The translations under genes and the position numbers were made by a program. From the human T2T-CHM13v2.0 reference genome, Homo sapiens, in assembly GCF_009914755.1 (NCBI RefSeq), contig NC_060926.1: DNA of 64,000 nt; one strand, 5' to 3'. Positions 13,346-27,699 of this stretch are shown in pieces (the stretch's first letter is position 1; each line of letters opens with the position of its first letter). Below the pieces are notes generated by a model. It saw only the letters and a program-made list of their open reading frames with translations. It did no database searches and was not told the origin of the DNA.

Positions 13346-16149
13346 GCAAATTATCACACACTAAGGAGGAAGGTTACAGAAAATCACAATGTAGACACAT
13401 GGTGTGCAAAATCCCTGAAGCTCTCCAATGGTGACATCCATCTCAGAATGTTCAGACTGCCTATGCTTGAAAGAGGTGGCCTATTTTATCCAATGAGTTC
13501 AAAACAAAAGATAAGAGAACAAATGTGGAATATTTTCCTTTCATATAGTTGATGAATTTGAAATCATGGAATCTTTTTGAATATAAATTATGTCTTCACA
13601 CCAAAAGGCTTCCATGATAATGTGCAAAAGACACCATACACCACTTTGTTTAAAGTATGTAATTTATATTTTTTACAGGATTTCCAATAAGAATGCTATA
13701 CACATAGTTGTAGATACTGTTGTCTTCTTTATTCAAGTTATTTTAAATGTTGTAGATTGTCTCTACTTTGCTTGAGCTTATGGTTGTAAAAGAAACAAAA
13801 AGTTATTGGAGACCCCATACAATACCGTAATTTATGTACAGAGATAGTCTGAATGCTGTTAAGACTTATTAAGTCCAGAGAGAAAGCTCATTATCTATTG
13901 TATAAATGAGAATCAAGTCTCCTAGTACACTATGTTTAGCTATGATAAATATCGTGACTTCCTAAGATCCTTTATTTCCTCTGGGCAATTCTGCCTGCCT
14001 TTGGCTGAAAACTACCCGCATGGCCTCCCCAGTCTCTCCAGTTCCCAACTTAATGCTTCTGCCTACATTCTCCCTTGTGCTATTCTTTCCTCCCTTCATC
14101 TCTATACCCCCAAACCCTCTCCTTCCTCTCCAATTCCATACTCAATAGGAAGGTACACGCCATCATTTCATGAGGTTCCCTCTCTTTCCTCTGAAATCAC
14201 ATACACTTTTCTAGTCAATGCCTTCATTTATTTACTCATTCAAAAATATTAATTTTTACCATGCTGGGAAATATGCTAGACATTTTGTAATTACCACCCG
14301 TTGCCTTGTACCTGTTGCCAGTTATCTGTGTAGCTGTCTTATCCTCATTTATTAGTTGTTAACTTCCCTAAGTACAAAGAACATGTCCTTTCCATCTTAC
14401 GGTGCTTAATCCGTGCTCTGTGGATGAATAATTTTGCCTTTGGCATGGTAGGGTGGTTCACAGAGGTGAACCAAGTAAACAATATGTGATTCAGTTATCA
14501 AACAAGTATCTGACCAAAGGTGGTTTATTTGGTTCACCGAATTTCCCTTGAAATTTTTTTTTGAAATGTTTTTTCTGCAGTGGATAAATCATAAGCCCTC
14601 TAAGAAATAGAAGTTGAAGCAGTGCATTCATGGAGTACATGAAATAAGCTTTAAAACCTCCAACTATTGGTAATTGTCAATCATTTTTAAAAGTCTATCA
14701 ATTTAGCTCGAACACTACAAGAATTCTGTGTGCTTGAATATCCCTAAGGACACCAAGTATTGCTGAAATTATTGTGTTTATAGGTCTGTCAAAAGCACAA
14801 AAGATGCCTCATAGAGGCTTGTTAAGATAACTAACAGTAATCACCATCACACAAGGAAGGGTAACAACACTGTACCATTTGTCCTTTCAGTTTTGAGGGC
14901 AGAGAAATTGGTATTGTTTCTTCACGACCACTAAAGGCTGCAATGGGTACCTTAAGAACTGGAAATTTTATTCACATGTGTACTGCCTGGGGTGATTTAA
15001 GAAGCTTGTGTTAGACAGTGAAAAAGCAAATGTAGGCAAAACAGCACTTGTGTCCTCAAGATGCTAATAAGCACAGGCTTATCAGTCTCCTTCTCTTTGC
15101 AGCATGTGTGGGAGGGGCTCCTTCGAGGATAGACTCCTCCTGTGTCCCAGGTCCCTGCAGAACCACGGTTCCCTGAAGTTTGTCCTCACTCAGCTCCAGC
15201 TGGCACATGGTGGCCAACCCCTCTCCTTCTGTGAAGTTTCCTGAGATTGTGAATTGTTTTCTTTCCCTTCCCCACCTGTCTACTCAGAGAGCTCATCTGC
15301 TTGCAGCACTTCCTCTCTCACCAGGATGCAAATGACTCCCAAATCTATTTCTCTGCTTTGCATGTCTATCTCTCTACATCACAGGGTACTTACTGCATGC
15401 TGCTGGCAGGCAATCATTACTCAGTAAATACTTGCTGCCTGATTGTAGGATAAGATGGAAGTGATATTCTTTCAGGTAAATGCACAAAGGGCTTTTCTGG
15501 GTCAAGATGGCCTTGCCCTTCCTAAATTCAAAACTAGAGAGAAAGGGATAAAATTGTTATAGGTAAACTCCTTAGAGGAAAGAACTGTATAATTTTTGTT
15601 CAGCGTCTACTATTTTATCTACTCAGCACAGCCTTTTGGTCCTAGGGTTGCCTCCTCTCCCTCCATTACACATTCACCAGGGCCACATTACCATGTGGTC
15701 CCATCCCGTACACAGTGTGGGCATTTGACCCAAAGTAGGCCAAGGACCCCCCATCCCTGGGATTTTGGAACTTAGAATTGACATGGTATTTTCTCTGCTA
15801 GTGTCTGAGACTGAAAAATGTAAAACCCCAGAGATGGCTTCCATCACTGAGTCCCTAATTCACTACTATGTTCCATGCACCATGCGATGACAAACCAGAA
15901 TGAAAGCCCCTGCCTGCTATCAAAGGAAGACAGGTGATAAATAAATATGCAAGTAAATATATAGAATGTCAGATGGGATAACCCATAAACCCACTGTCCA
16001 AAGAAATCATAGCCTGTGATGTCCAAACAAACTCAGAACAGGAAGGAAAGAAAATGAAGCAAAACAGAACATTCAAATGCACAGTTCCCATTCTCATTTC
16101 TATGGTTTTTTAAAATGTAAAAGCAACAATAAAAGTAACTATAGTAATG

Positions 16150-16375
16150 AGTACCAGTTAGTGAAGGGGTTCAAGGTTTCAAGTGTTGCTTGGAATAGCC
16201 TCAGTTAATCCAGGAACCTGCCCTTTGAGATAAGCACTAAACATTTGCCTGATTTTATAGGTGAAGAAATTGATGCTTGAAAGGTTTAGTAATTTGGCCA
16301 AAGTCACAGAGTGGGGAGCAGAACCAGCATTAAAACCCAGGCAGCCTCCGCCCAGAACCCTTGCTGTTACCACGC
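16150..16375 (-). mobile_element. MIR SINE
   Basis: attttataggtgaagaaattgatgcttgaaaggtttagtaatttggccaaagtcacag is the reverse MIR core. Confidence 0.7.
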
Positions 16376-17654
16376 ACTCGGCTGTGCTAGCACTGAGCTG
16401 CTTCCGGGGACCAGTAACTGTGCCAAATAAAGTACATCTTCCTTTAAGGAGCTCACAGCTCAACTGCAGAGGCAGATACAGAAGGGGGCAAATGTGATGG
16501 AGCTGCTATCATCACACAGGCAAAAGTATGGACTAATATGCAAAACTATGTGTGGACTTGAATTCCCAGCTCCACTGAACCTTCTGGGGTCATCCAAGGG
16601 CCACGCCCACATACTTCCAAGCCGAGAAGCTCTGACCCAGTGAGTCTGGAAATGGCAGCTCATGTCTGCCCTGATACCTTAAACAAGTTGCCCTTGGTGT
16701 TATCCGATAAAGTGGAAGAGATGAAACCGCATGGTTTCTGTGGAGTGCCTCCCCAACTTCATTCTTCCCAACTTACTCAAAAGACAGCACTTAGGAATGT
16801 CCTTAGGAGCCCCTGCAGGCAAATGCAATGGGACAGCCAGTGCCGAAAGACAGACCATTCCAAATACTAATTCAGCACCAAATGGAGAGATGCTTTTTAA
16901 CTCTCCAACAAAGCAAAATGATCATCCAAATGACAGAGATTTTACTGGGTGGTGGTGGTGGTTGTTTAACATTTTTCTTTTTTGTTTTTAATGTAATACA
17001 ATTCCTTCCATTAAACTGGCTGCCAATGAGTGAAAGAAGAGGCAAGCAGGAAGGTGCAATTTTTCATTCTGTCATTCATTCTCTTCTCCCCTGTTCCGCC
17101 CTCCACTTTGGCCTTCCTACTAAAAAAAGCCTAGGTCAGAAATTCTGTTTCCCCAAATCCATTACCTGTGGCAGGAGCAGCAGTCTGCAGGGAAAGGGTG
17201 GGGCAAGAAGAGGGAGCATGAGAAATGTAGCAGAAAAGTAGGTGAGGAAGGTGTCTTTAGTGTTCTCTTGGAAGCTGAAGTGCTTGGAAATTGAACGTCA
17301 AAGCCCATCCAGATTTTTCTTCCCTCAGGGCACCTTTTCTCATCTGAAGAAATATTAAGTTCATTTCGACTACTGCTCTCCTGGAATTCACAATTGCTAC
17401 CAGTTCAGGGAGCAGTGGCAGACCAAGGACAGGTCACCTTCTCTACAAGGCCTCCCCAGTCTCTCTTTCCCCAAGCAGGACTCATCCTGTTCTGGTCCTC
17501 CCAGCACTGGCTCCCACATCTTCCTCTGTCCTCAGGGTGCCCCATCTCTCATCCTAGATATTCATGCTTAGTAGTTCTTCTCACTACATTATGGAATTCT
17601 GACAATCAAGAACTTTTTTCATTCATATAGAATTGCCCAGAGTTTGCAAGAATG

Positions 17655-18255
17655 GGAAGAGCATGGGTTTTGAAGTCAAGCTGGTCCTAGTTTCAACTCT
17701 GGTATTTACATCCAATAGATGTATGACTGACAGGTAATCGAGACCCTCTGGGGTTCCATTTCCTTCTCAGTACAAGGATGGAGAATAATACAGGGCTAGC
17801 CAGGTTGCTCTGATCATTAAAAGCAAAACTAAAATAACTCACACTTATCAAAGGATTGCTTTGTGCTAGGCACTATTCTGAGCTATTTACATGCATTGCC
17901 TTCTTGAATCTTTCTAACAGATCAAAAGGTAGATACTAGTATGAGTTCCATTTTATAGATATGGAAACAGAGGCTTCTGTGAGTAATATAACTTGCCTAA
18001 GTTGCTTAGCCTGGAAGACACATAATAAAAACAACAACAATAATAATAGCTATGCTTTATTCTACAGTAACTCTGTGCCATAGATGTGCTAAATATTTTT
18101 TATGTATTAAATCATGGGCTTCTCATTTTTCAACTGAGGAAACTGCATCTGAGAAAGATGAAATAACTTGCTGTGGCTATTCAGTCATCATAGAACAGAG
18201 CAGAAATATAACCCCAGGTCTCTCTGAGTCAGAGCTTTTGAGGTTAACCACGGCA
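17655..18255. mobile_element. Cluster of three MIR fragments
   Basis: One on + (agagcatgggttttgaagtcaag...). Two on - (ccattttatagatatggaaacagaggc; tgaggaaactgcatctgagaaagatgaaataacttgc). Confidence 0.65.
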
Positions 18256-19132
18256 ATTTTACCATATAGCATCCCCTTAATACATTTTGTTAAATCAAAT
18301 TGATACTCTAGAGAATTTTTCATTCAAACATATTAGATTTCTTTTGGAAAACATAGGTTTTACATCCTGTGCACAGTGGATTTGATTTGCTTTTTAGTTT
18401 TTTCATGGAGAGGAACCTAAAAGAGAGAACAGAGAGGAAGAGTCGAGGGTTGCGGTACCCAACCTCAGTCATGCAGCCCTTATAATGAAGGCCAGCTTGG
18501 ATCTCCTTAATGTGGGAACCAGAATCCACAACATCCCTTGCAGGCTCTCGAGCTGCTGCACTCCATAGCCACATTTATGAAGATGGATAAAAAGCACCTT
18601 TTGCAGGCTTCACTGCCCAAGCAGTGGTAGTAATATAAACACCCAGTAAGAGGGGGTTGATGAAGTATGATCTGTCAACTTGATGCACCATCATGACTCT
18701 AGGAAAATAGTAATTATAAAGACTAGGGAGAAACATGCAAGAATGCTTCAAATGTTTACCATATGATGTTAACTAAAAAAAGTACAGTGTAATGTGATTG
18801 CACCTATTTAAACTATACATATATATGAAAATGTAAACCAAAAGTGAATATAACAGAAATTAAACATTTGCATTAAGATGGAAGGATTCTGAATGGTATT
18901 TTTAGATTTAATAAATATTCTATTGTTTTGACAGTAAAACATCAAAATTAAATGTCAAAATACACTGGAGACACTCCCCCAAGAGGAATGCCGTGGAAGA
19001 ACAGGCAATGACTACTCAGTTATTTTTTCTTGCCATTATTTCCCTGCTCCACAGACACATGGGAGACAAACAAAGAAAATCAGCATGGATGATAATCAGT
19101 TGTTCTCTAGCCCACAGAATATGTCTATATGC

Positions 19133-19435
19133 TATTTATTTATTTATTTATTTGTTTATTGAGACAGAGTCTCACTCTGTCACGCAGGCTGGAATGCAGT
19201 GGTGGGATCTTGGCTCACTGCAACCTCCACCTCCCGGTTCAAGCAATTCTCCTGCCTCAGCCTCTTGAGCAGCAGCTGGGATTACAGGTACATGCCACCA
19301 TGCCTGGCTAATTTTTGTAGAGACCGTGTTTCACCACGTTGGCCAGGCTGCTCTTGAACTCCTGACCTCATGTATTCCACCCGCCTCGGCCTCCCAAAGT
19401 GCTGGGATTACAGGCGTGAGTCACCACGCCTGGCC
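19133..19435 (-). mobile_element. AluS-type SINE with (TTTA)n tail
   Basis: Reverse Alu dimer ending cctggcc, with a short deletion in the central A-rich linker. Confidence 0.95.
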
Positions 19436-20479
19436 TGTAAGCATAAAAAGCATATCTTCCCTCACTTATTCATTGGATAAAAGTGCTACGTTTTACCCAA
19501 TGAAAAAGTGAGGCAAGATATGCTGTAGAATTCCTCAACACTACTTTTCAGGTGAAATACAGAATATTCAAGAACCTCTTGCTCACTGGGTCACAGGGTT
19601 GAGTGATGAGTCCCTAAGTTGAACCACGACTTTTCACACCTAGCCTAGCATTATTTCTTCTCAACCAGACTGTCCTTATGTCCCAGTGATTGCAAATAAT
19701 AGTTTGTGCATTTGAGGGGTATATAGTTAACATGCTGATTCTCTGAAGGTTATAGAAAAAAAAAGCTTCATATTTTACTTTGTATAATGTCATTTTTGAG
19801 GTTCAAGGCATGAATAATAAGACTGAAAGAAAGATGCCATTGGAAATGGGAGGACATTTGGAGCAGTGACAAGATTGTCCAGCTATGCACTTCCCAGATT
19901 TTCACCTAAATGCACATTTACCACAATTCCCATTTTCTTTCAAGTCCCCCAGGAGTCCCTTTGCCAATGCAACCTACTCTTTCCCCAGCAAGCCTCACAT
20001 GTTTGAGTTAGGAGGGTTTGTCTCTGTGCTTCCCCCTGGGCTGACTCAGTTTTAGCTCTGATCTCCCTGCAAAATTAAAGGCTTAACTCCTGTGTCAGAG
20101 AGCAAGATTTTGGAAAAACACTTGGGAAATCAGAAAATTACACAACTCTGTTCAACAGCCAAGATACCCCTGCCCCCATCTTTACCATCTGTTCACTGCT
20201 TGTCCCCAGCAGCACAGGACCACCCAGGTGGGACACCTGCTTCATGCAGAGCCCCAGCACAGACAGCAGTGGGAGGAAGGGCTCTCTGCTTGAAGGGGTC
20301 ATATTTCAGGGAGAATGAAAGGTGACGGATGCTCTGATGAGGCCAAAAAGCATCCCACAGGCTATTCTCTGCCCAGCCTAAGCAAAGGACACTGCTGTCA
20401 GCACTGAGGAGACCCTCCAACAAAGGTACTGTAGCCCAGCAGTATCCATGGGGTTAGGTTCCAAGTGGATGCCTGAAAC

Positions 20480-21108
20480 TGTTACTGGAAAGGGGTCCCA
20501 ATCCAGACCCCAAGAGAGGGTTCTTTAATCTCATGCAAGAATTCCCGGGGAGTCCACAGAGTAAAGGGAAAGCAAGTTTATTAGAGAAGCAAGAGAACAA
20601 AAGATTGGTTACTCCATAGGCAAAGCAGCCCCAAGGGCTGCTGGTTGGGTATTTTTATGGTTATTTCTTGATTATATGCTAAACAAGGGGTGGATTATTC
20701 ATAAGTTTTCCAGGAAAAGGGCAGACAATTCCTAGAACTGAGGGTTCCTCCCCTTTTTAGACTATATAGGGTAATTTCCAGACATTGCCATGGCATTTGT
20801 AAACTGTCATGGTACTGGTGGGAATGTCTTTTGTAATTGCAGATAATGAGCACTGAAGACGACCAGAGGTTACTTTCATCACCATCTTGGTTTTGGTAGC
20901 TGCTTTACTGCATCCTGTTTTATCAGCAGGGTCTTTACCACCTCTGCCAGTCCTGTAGACCTTCTGTCTCATCTTGTGACTAAGAATGCCTAACCTCCTG
21001 GGAATGCAGCCCGGCAGATATCATCCTCATTTTACCCAGCAGGTATCATCCTCGTTTTACTCAGCTCCCATTCAAGATGGAGTCACTCTGATTCAAATGC
21101 CTCTGACA
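20480..21108 (-). mobile_element. MER41 (MER41B-like) ERV1 solo LTR, full length
   Basis: TG...CA termini (tgttactggaaaggggtcc...ttcaagatggagtcactctgattcaaatgcctctgaca) and a 4-bp TSD AAAC on both sides. Confidence 0.92.
20708..20737. promoter_or_regulatory. Tandem GAS (STAT) motifs in MER41
   Basis: TTCCAGGAA (20708-20716) and TTCCTAGAA (20729-20737) both fit TTCN3GAA, at the position of the known MER41B tandem GAS. Activity is not shown by sequence. Confidence 0.6.
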
Positions 21109-21409
21109 AAACCACGGATAGCACCAAATCTTAAAAATTGCTATGTTTTTTTATATGATAAAGTTTAGTTTACAGATTAGGCACAGTAACAGATTAACAA
21201 CACTAACTACTAATAAAACAGAACAATTGTAACAATATACTGTAAAAAAAGTTGTATGAGTGTGGTCTTTTTCTCTCAAAATATCTTACTGTACTACACT
21301 CACTTAACTTTTGGATCACAGTTGACCAGATGACCGCAAGTTACTGAAACCATGGAAAACAAAACCTTGGATAAAGGGGGTTCCTGCCTGCTAAAGGCAC
21401 ACTCAAGAA

Positions 21410-21411
<2 letters not shown>

Positions 21412-21455
<44 letters not shown>
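21412..21455. repeat. (CA)n microsatellite, ~22 units
   Basis: Uninterrupted CA run. Confidence 0.97.
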
Positions 21456-21458
<3 letters not shown>

Positions 21459-22634
21459 TGCATGTACACGATAGTTTCAGAAAGTCAAGGCCAGGTATTT
21501 TGAAACGTATCAAAAATCTATGTGCATACTAACCTGGAATCTAATTTCCTGCCCCAGCCTCTCTACTTAATAAAGTAAAAGGCTGCCTATCTCATAGCAC
21601 TTTTTCTTTTATTCAAGTTAAGCCTTCTCTTCTGCTTTGGTTGTAGGTCATGATCCTGGCTGCTCCCTGCAGACTGAAAAGGTTGACTTCTAGATCTATA
21701 CGTGACCAGCTTAATTCTAGAGAGACTGTCTGAAGTACTGCACTGTGTTTAGTTTCCACGTCATTTATCACTGACATCGTCTCATGCATGAAAGTGCAAG
21801 GAGATTTAAGGAGCTGGCATTTTCTCACAAGATCTCCTTTAGTGGAACGGTGCCTAACATGCTACTTAACTCACGCTGCCACTGAAACATAACTCTCCTC
21901 TCCCCAGCACTTCTGTCTTCCATGGAACAGCACAGTCTTCAGCAAGTAGAAAGCTCTACTCAGAACTCTTAGTCCTATTGTGCTAAAATGTGCGTCACAC
22001 GCACAGGGTTAGGTCACAACCTATCTTCGCACTTCAAATCCCACGTCTCAAAAACAGCTGGACAGAACCTGGTTTTGTAAGAGCAAGTCACCTGAATGAC
22101 CAAGAAATTCTCAAATAGCACAAAGAAGACAAAAAGAAAATACTACTTCTTTGAGTTTGAAGAAGACCGAGTTTATGTGCCTCATTATGGATTTTTACTT
22201 CTTCAATTTGTTTTCATTCTTCCAACCCACCACTTTTTTTTTTTACTGTCTAAAAGCATTAAAAAAATTTAAACCAGGGATAAAATCTTGATGATTCTGT
22301 AGCCAGTTTTACTTGATTCTTGGTTCTAGAAATAGAATTTCTAATTTCATTAAAACAAGCCCCTAGAAACAGGTTTCTCTGCTAAAAGAACCAATAATCA
22401 GGATTCTACAAATGCAAGGGCCATACAAACTATGTTTCCAAAATCAAAAGTCACAAAGAATTGACATTTTCTTCACAAATGCAGACACCGTATTCTGAAA
22501 TATTTATATTCCATTCAGTCAAAAGAATGTCCCCCTACTAGTTCTGCTCACCTCCTTCTTGAATCTGAAAGATCTGGTATAGGTCTATCTTGTAATATGG
22601 GAACTGTAAGCACTAACCCCAATATGTACCTATG

Positions 22635-22680
22635 CACACACACACACACACGCACACACACTCACATGCACAAACACACA
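22635..22680. repeat. Imperfect (CA)n microsatellite
   Basis: Interrupted CA run. Confidence 0.85.
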
Positions 22681-22732
22681 TGCAAGAGAGGTTGCTGCTG
22701 TTTAGTCACACGTTTCCTCAATTAAATTTATT

Positions 22733-23047
<315 letters not shown>

Positions 23048-23933
23048 TTATTTCAACATCAGTGTCCTCTGAAATTATGATTAGCCATTGAGAGTGAGCA
23101 ACTCTCTGAAAGCACGTATTTTAAACTGGTAAGAATTCTGCTTATACCTAAGACAAAGCTTCTCTGATGTTTATATGATATTAGACAAGCTACATTATTT
23201 TTCAAACTTTTTGACACTTATAAGTGAAGATACATCTCATTTTATCTATGTGTTTCTAAGCTATAGTAAAAAACAAAAACAAAACAAACAAACAAAAAAA
23301 AAAACAATGAGTCAGTATTCCATTTTGCCCATATGACTTAGATTTGGATTTCTGTCTATTTCACAGTGGTCTGCTCTTTCTAATCCTTAAATGTATCTAA
23401 TCCCATAAATGTATATTCTGCTCATTTGTACCAATCAGAGCCTACGTGTAGGCTAAATATGTTGCAACTTGTTTAGTTAATTACAACTTTCCAGGAAGTG
23501 CCAGTATCTAATAATACCTCTTCTCCCAGGTTGAAATTAGTGATAAAATTTTTTGATTTAAGAAAATTCTTTTGGGTTAAGAAAATTCGTCTCGTTAAAA
23601 TGGAAATTCTCCTGGAAAACATAATACAATGAATGAGCCATAATCTGACATTTACCCCCCCTGAGAAATTTTTGTTTGGCATCCTTTATTATATTGCAGT
23701 CATTATATGGACCAAGCAGGAAGAAAGAAAAAATAGATCTGGAGTCTGGGCACTAAGTGAAGAGTCTTAATATTCAAGGGCAGTGGTCACTCAGGGGAAT
23801 AGATATAGAAGAGGGGAGGCAGGAGGATGCCAAAACTCATTGAGTTTTGTTTTTGCCTATTGGCCATGTTCCAAAGCTGCTACCCATGAGCCAGGTTAGA
23901 AAAGGAGTGTTGCCATATGGATTGCTGTGATAT

Positions 23934-24728
<795 letters not shown>

Positions 24729-27015
24729 TGTATCAGTCTGTTTTCACACGGCTGATAAGGACATACCCCATACCCAAGACAAGGAAGAAAAAGAGGTTTA
24801 ATGGACTCACAGTTCCACATGGCTAGGGAGGCCTCATAATCATGGAGGAAGGCAAAGAGGAGCAAGTCACATCTTACATGGATGGTGGCAGGCAAAGAAG
24901 AGAGAGCTTGTGCAGGGAAACTCCAGTTTTTAAAACCACAAGATCTCATGAGACTTATTCAGTATCATGAGAGCTGCATGGGAAAGACCTGCCCCCCTCC
25001 CCCCCATGTTTCAATTACCTGCCACCAGGTTCCTCCCACGACACATAGGAATTGTGGGAGTTACAATTCAAGATGGAATTTGGGTGGAGACACAGCCAAA
25101 TCAGGTCATCCCACCCTGGCCCCTCCCAAATCTCACATCCTTTTTACATTTCAAAACCTATCATGCCTTCCCAACAGTCCCCCAAAGTATTAACTCATTT
25201 CAGCATTAACTCAAAGTCCGCAGTCCAAAGTCTCAATGAGACAAGGCAAGTCCCTTCCATCCATGAGCCTGTAAAATCAAAAGCAAGATAGTTACTTCCT
25301 AGATACAATGGGGGTACAGGTATTGGGGAAATACAACTGTTCTAAATGGGAGAAATTGGCCAAAAAAGGGACTACAGTCCCCATGCACATCTGAAATCCA
25401 GTGGGGCAGTCAAATCTTCAGCTCAAAATGATCTCCTTTGCCTCCATGTCTCACATCCAGGTCACACTGATAAAAGAGGAGGGTTCCCATGGCCTGGAGC
25501 AGCTCCTCCACTGTGGCTTTGCAGGGTACAGCCTCCCTCCTGGCTGCTTTCACAGGCTGGTGTTGAGTGTCTGCAGCTTTTCCAGGCACATGGTGCAAGT
25601 TGTTGGTGGATCTACCATTCTGGGGTCTGGAGGATGGTGGCCCTCTTCTCACAGCACCATTAGGCAGCGCCCCAGTAGGGACCCTGTGTCAGGGCTTCCA
25701 CCACACTGCCCTAGCAGTGGTTCTCTGTGAGTGTCCCACCCCTGCAGCAAACTTCTTCCTGGACATCCATGTATTTCCATACATCTTCTAAAACCTAGGC
25801 AGAGGTTCACAAACCTCAATTCTTGACTTCTGTGCACTCGAAGGCTCAACACCACATGGAAACTGCCAAGGCTTGGGGCTTCCACCCTCTGAAGCCACTG
25901 CCTGAGCTGTACCTTGGCCCCTTTTAGCCATATCTAGAGCAGCTGGGATGAAGGGCACAAAGTCCCTAAGCTGCACACAGCAGGGGGGCCCTTGGCCCAG
26001 CCCACAAAACCATTTTTTCTTCCTAGGCCTTCAGGCCTGTGATGTGAGGGGCTGCCTCAAAAGGTCCCTGACACGCCCTGGAAACATTTTCCCCATTGTC
26101 TTGGGGATTAACATTTGGCTCCTCCTTACTTATGCAAATTTCTGCAGACTGCTTGGATTTCTTCTCAGAAAATGGGTGTTTCTTTTCTATCATATAGACT
26201 GCAAATTTTTCGAACTTTGATGCTGTTTCCCTTTTAAAACTGAATGCTTTTAACAACACGTAAGTCCCACCTTGAATGCTTTGCTGCTTAAAAATTTCTT
26301 CTGCCAGATACCCTCAATCATCTCCCTCAAGTTCAAAGTTCCACAGATCTCTATGGCAAGGGCAAAATGCTGCCAATCTCTTTGCTAAAACATAGCAAGA
26401 ATCACCTTTACTCCAGTTCCCAACAAGTTCCTGATCTCCATGTGAGATCACCTCAGCCTGGATTGCATTGCCCATGTAATTGTCAGCATTTTTATCAAAG
26501 CCATTCAACAAGTCTCTAGTGAGTTACAAACTTTCCCACATTTTCCTGTCTTCTTCTGAGCCCTCCAAACTGTTCCAACCTCTGCCTGTTACCCAGTTCC
26601 AAAGCCGCTTCCACATTTTTGGGTATCTTTCCAGCAGTGCCCCACTCTACTGCAGCAATTTACTTTAATAGTCCATTTCCATGCTGCTGATAAGTACATG
26701 CCCAACAGGGGAGAAAAAGAGGTTTAATGGACTTAGAGTTCCACATGGCTGGAGAGGCCTCACAATCATGGAGGAATGCAAGGAGGAGCAAGTCACATCT
26801 TACATGGATGGCAGCAGGCAAAAAGAGAAAGCTTGTGCAGGGAAACTCCAGTTTTTAAAACCATCAGATCTCATGAGACTATCACAAGAAAAGCATGGGA
26901 AAGACCAAACCCCATGATTCAGTTACTTCCCACCAGTTCCTCCCATGACAAGTGGGAACTGTGGGAGTTACAATTCAAGATGAGATTTGGGTGGGGACAC
27001 AGCCAAACCATATCA
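24729..27015 (-). mobile_element. Full-length THE1C MaLR provirus (3'LTR 24729-25108, internal 25109-26663, 5'LTR 26664-27015)
   Basis: Two direct ~360-bp LTR copies share agaaaaagaggtttaatggact and gagcaagtcacatcttacatggatgg around a ~1.55-kb THE1 internal region. The right end ggacacagccaaaccatatca is the reverse of the THE1 start. No intact ORF and no clear TSD. Confidence 0.92.
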
Positions 27016-27398
27016 GCATTTTAGTCTGTTTGGGTTGTTATAACAAAATATCAGAGACTAGATAGCTTATAAACAAGAAAAAGATTATTTCTCACAGTTC
27101 TGGAGGCTGGGAAATCCAAAATCTAAGTGCCAGCAGATTCAGCACCTGGTAAGGACTCACTTTCTGGATCATGGATGCAACTGTCTAGCTGTGTCCTCAC
27201 ATGGTAAAAGTGGGCAGGGCAGTTTCCTGGGGCCTCTTTTATAAGGGCACTAATTTCATTCATGAGGGGTCTACCTCCATGAACCAATTACTTTCCAAGT
27301 CTAATCACTTCCCAATGGTTCTACCTTCTGATACCATCACAGTGGTGATTAGGTTTCAGCATATGAATTTTTGGAGGGACACAGTTCAGATCATAGCA
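27016..27398 (-). mobile_element. MLT1A/MSTD-like MaLR solo LTR
   Basis: ttagtctgtttgggttgttataacaaaata...tttctcacagttctggaggctgggaaatccaa...gggacacagttcagatcatagca. Confidence 0.85.
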
Positions 27399-27699
27399 TA
27401 TAGTAATATTGGTGAAAACATAATGATCACTTACTAAGCTCTTACTAATGCATCACCTCTTTTAACAGCAATGCTTGATTTTCTTCATTTACATATAAGG
27501 ACACTGAAGCACAGACAGACTAGGTTACCAGCCCATGGCTATACAGAACCCAGAGAGTCTGGCTTTAGAGCCTAAAGTCTGAACTTCCCTATTCAGCAGC
27601 TTCCCTGCTGCTGGGATGGAAACACTCAACTCTTACATCTCAATGTCTGACCTTAAAATGGATCCTCTCACAGACACACCCTAATGTGAGCTGTGATGA

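Larger units (their letters stand above)
20429..21390 (+). mobile_element. MER44A (Tigger7-derived) DNA transposon split by a MER41 LTR
   Basis: gttccaagtggatgcctgaaac|cacggatagcacc...attaggcacagtaacagattaacaac...actgaaaccatggaaaacaaaaccttggataaaggggg follows the MER44A consensus on both sides of the LTR. Confidence 0.85.
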
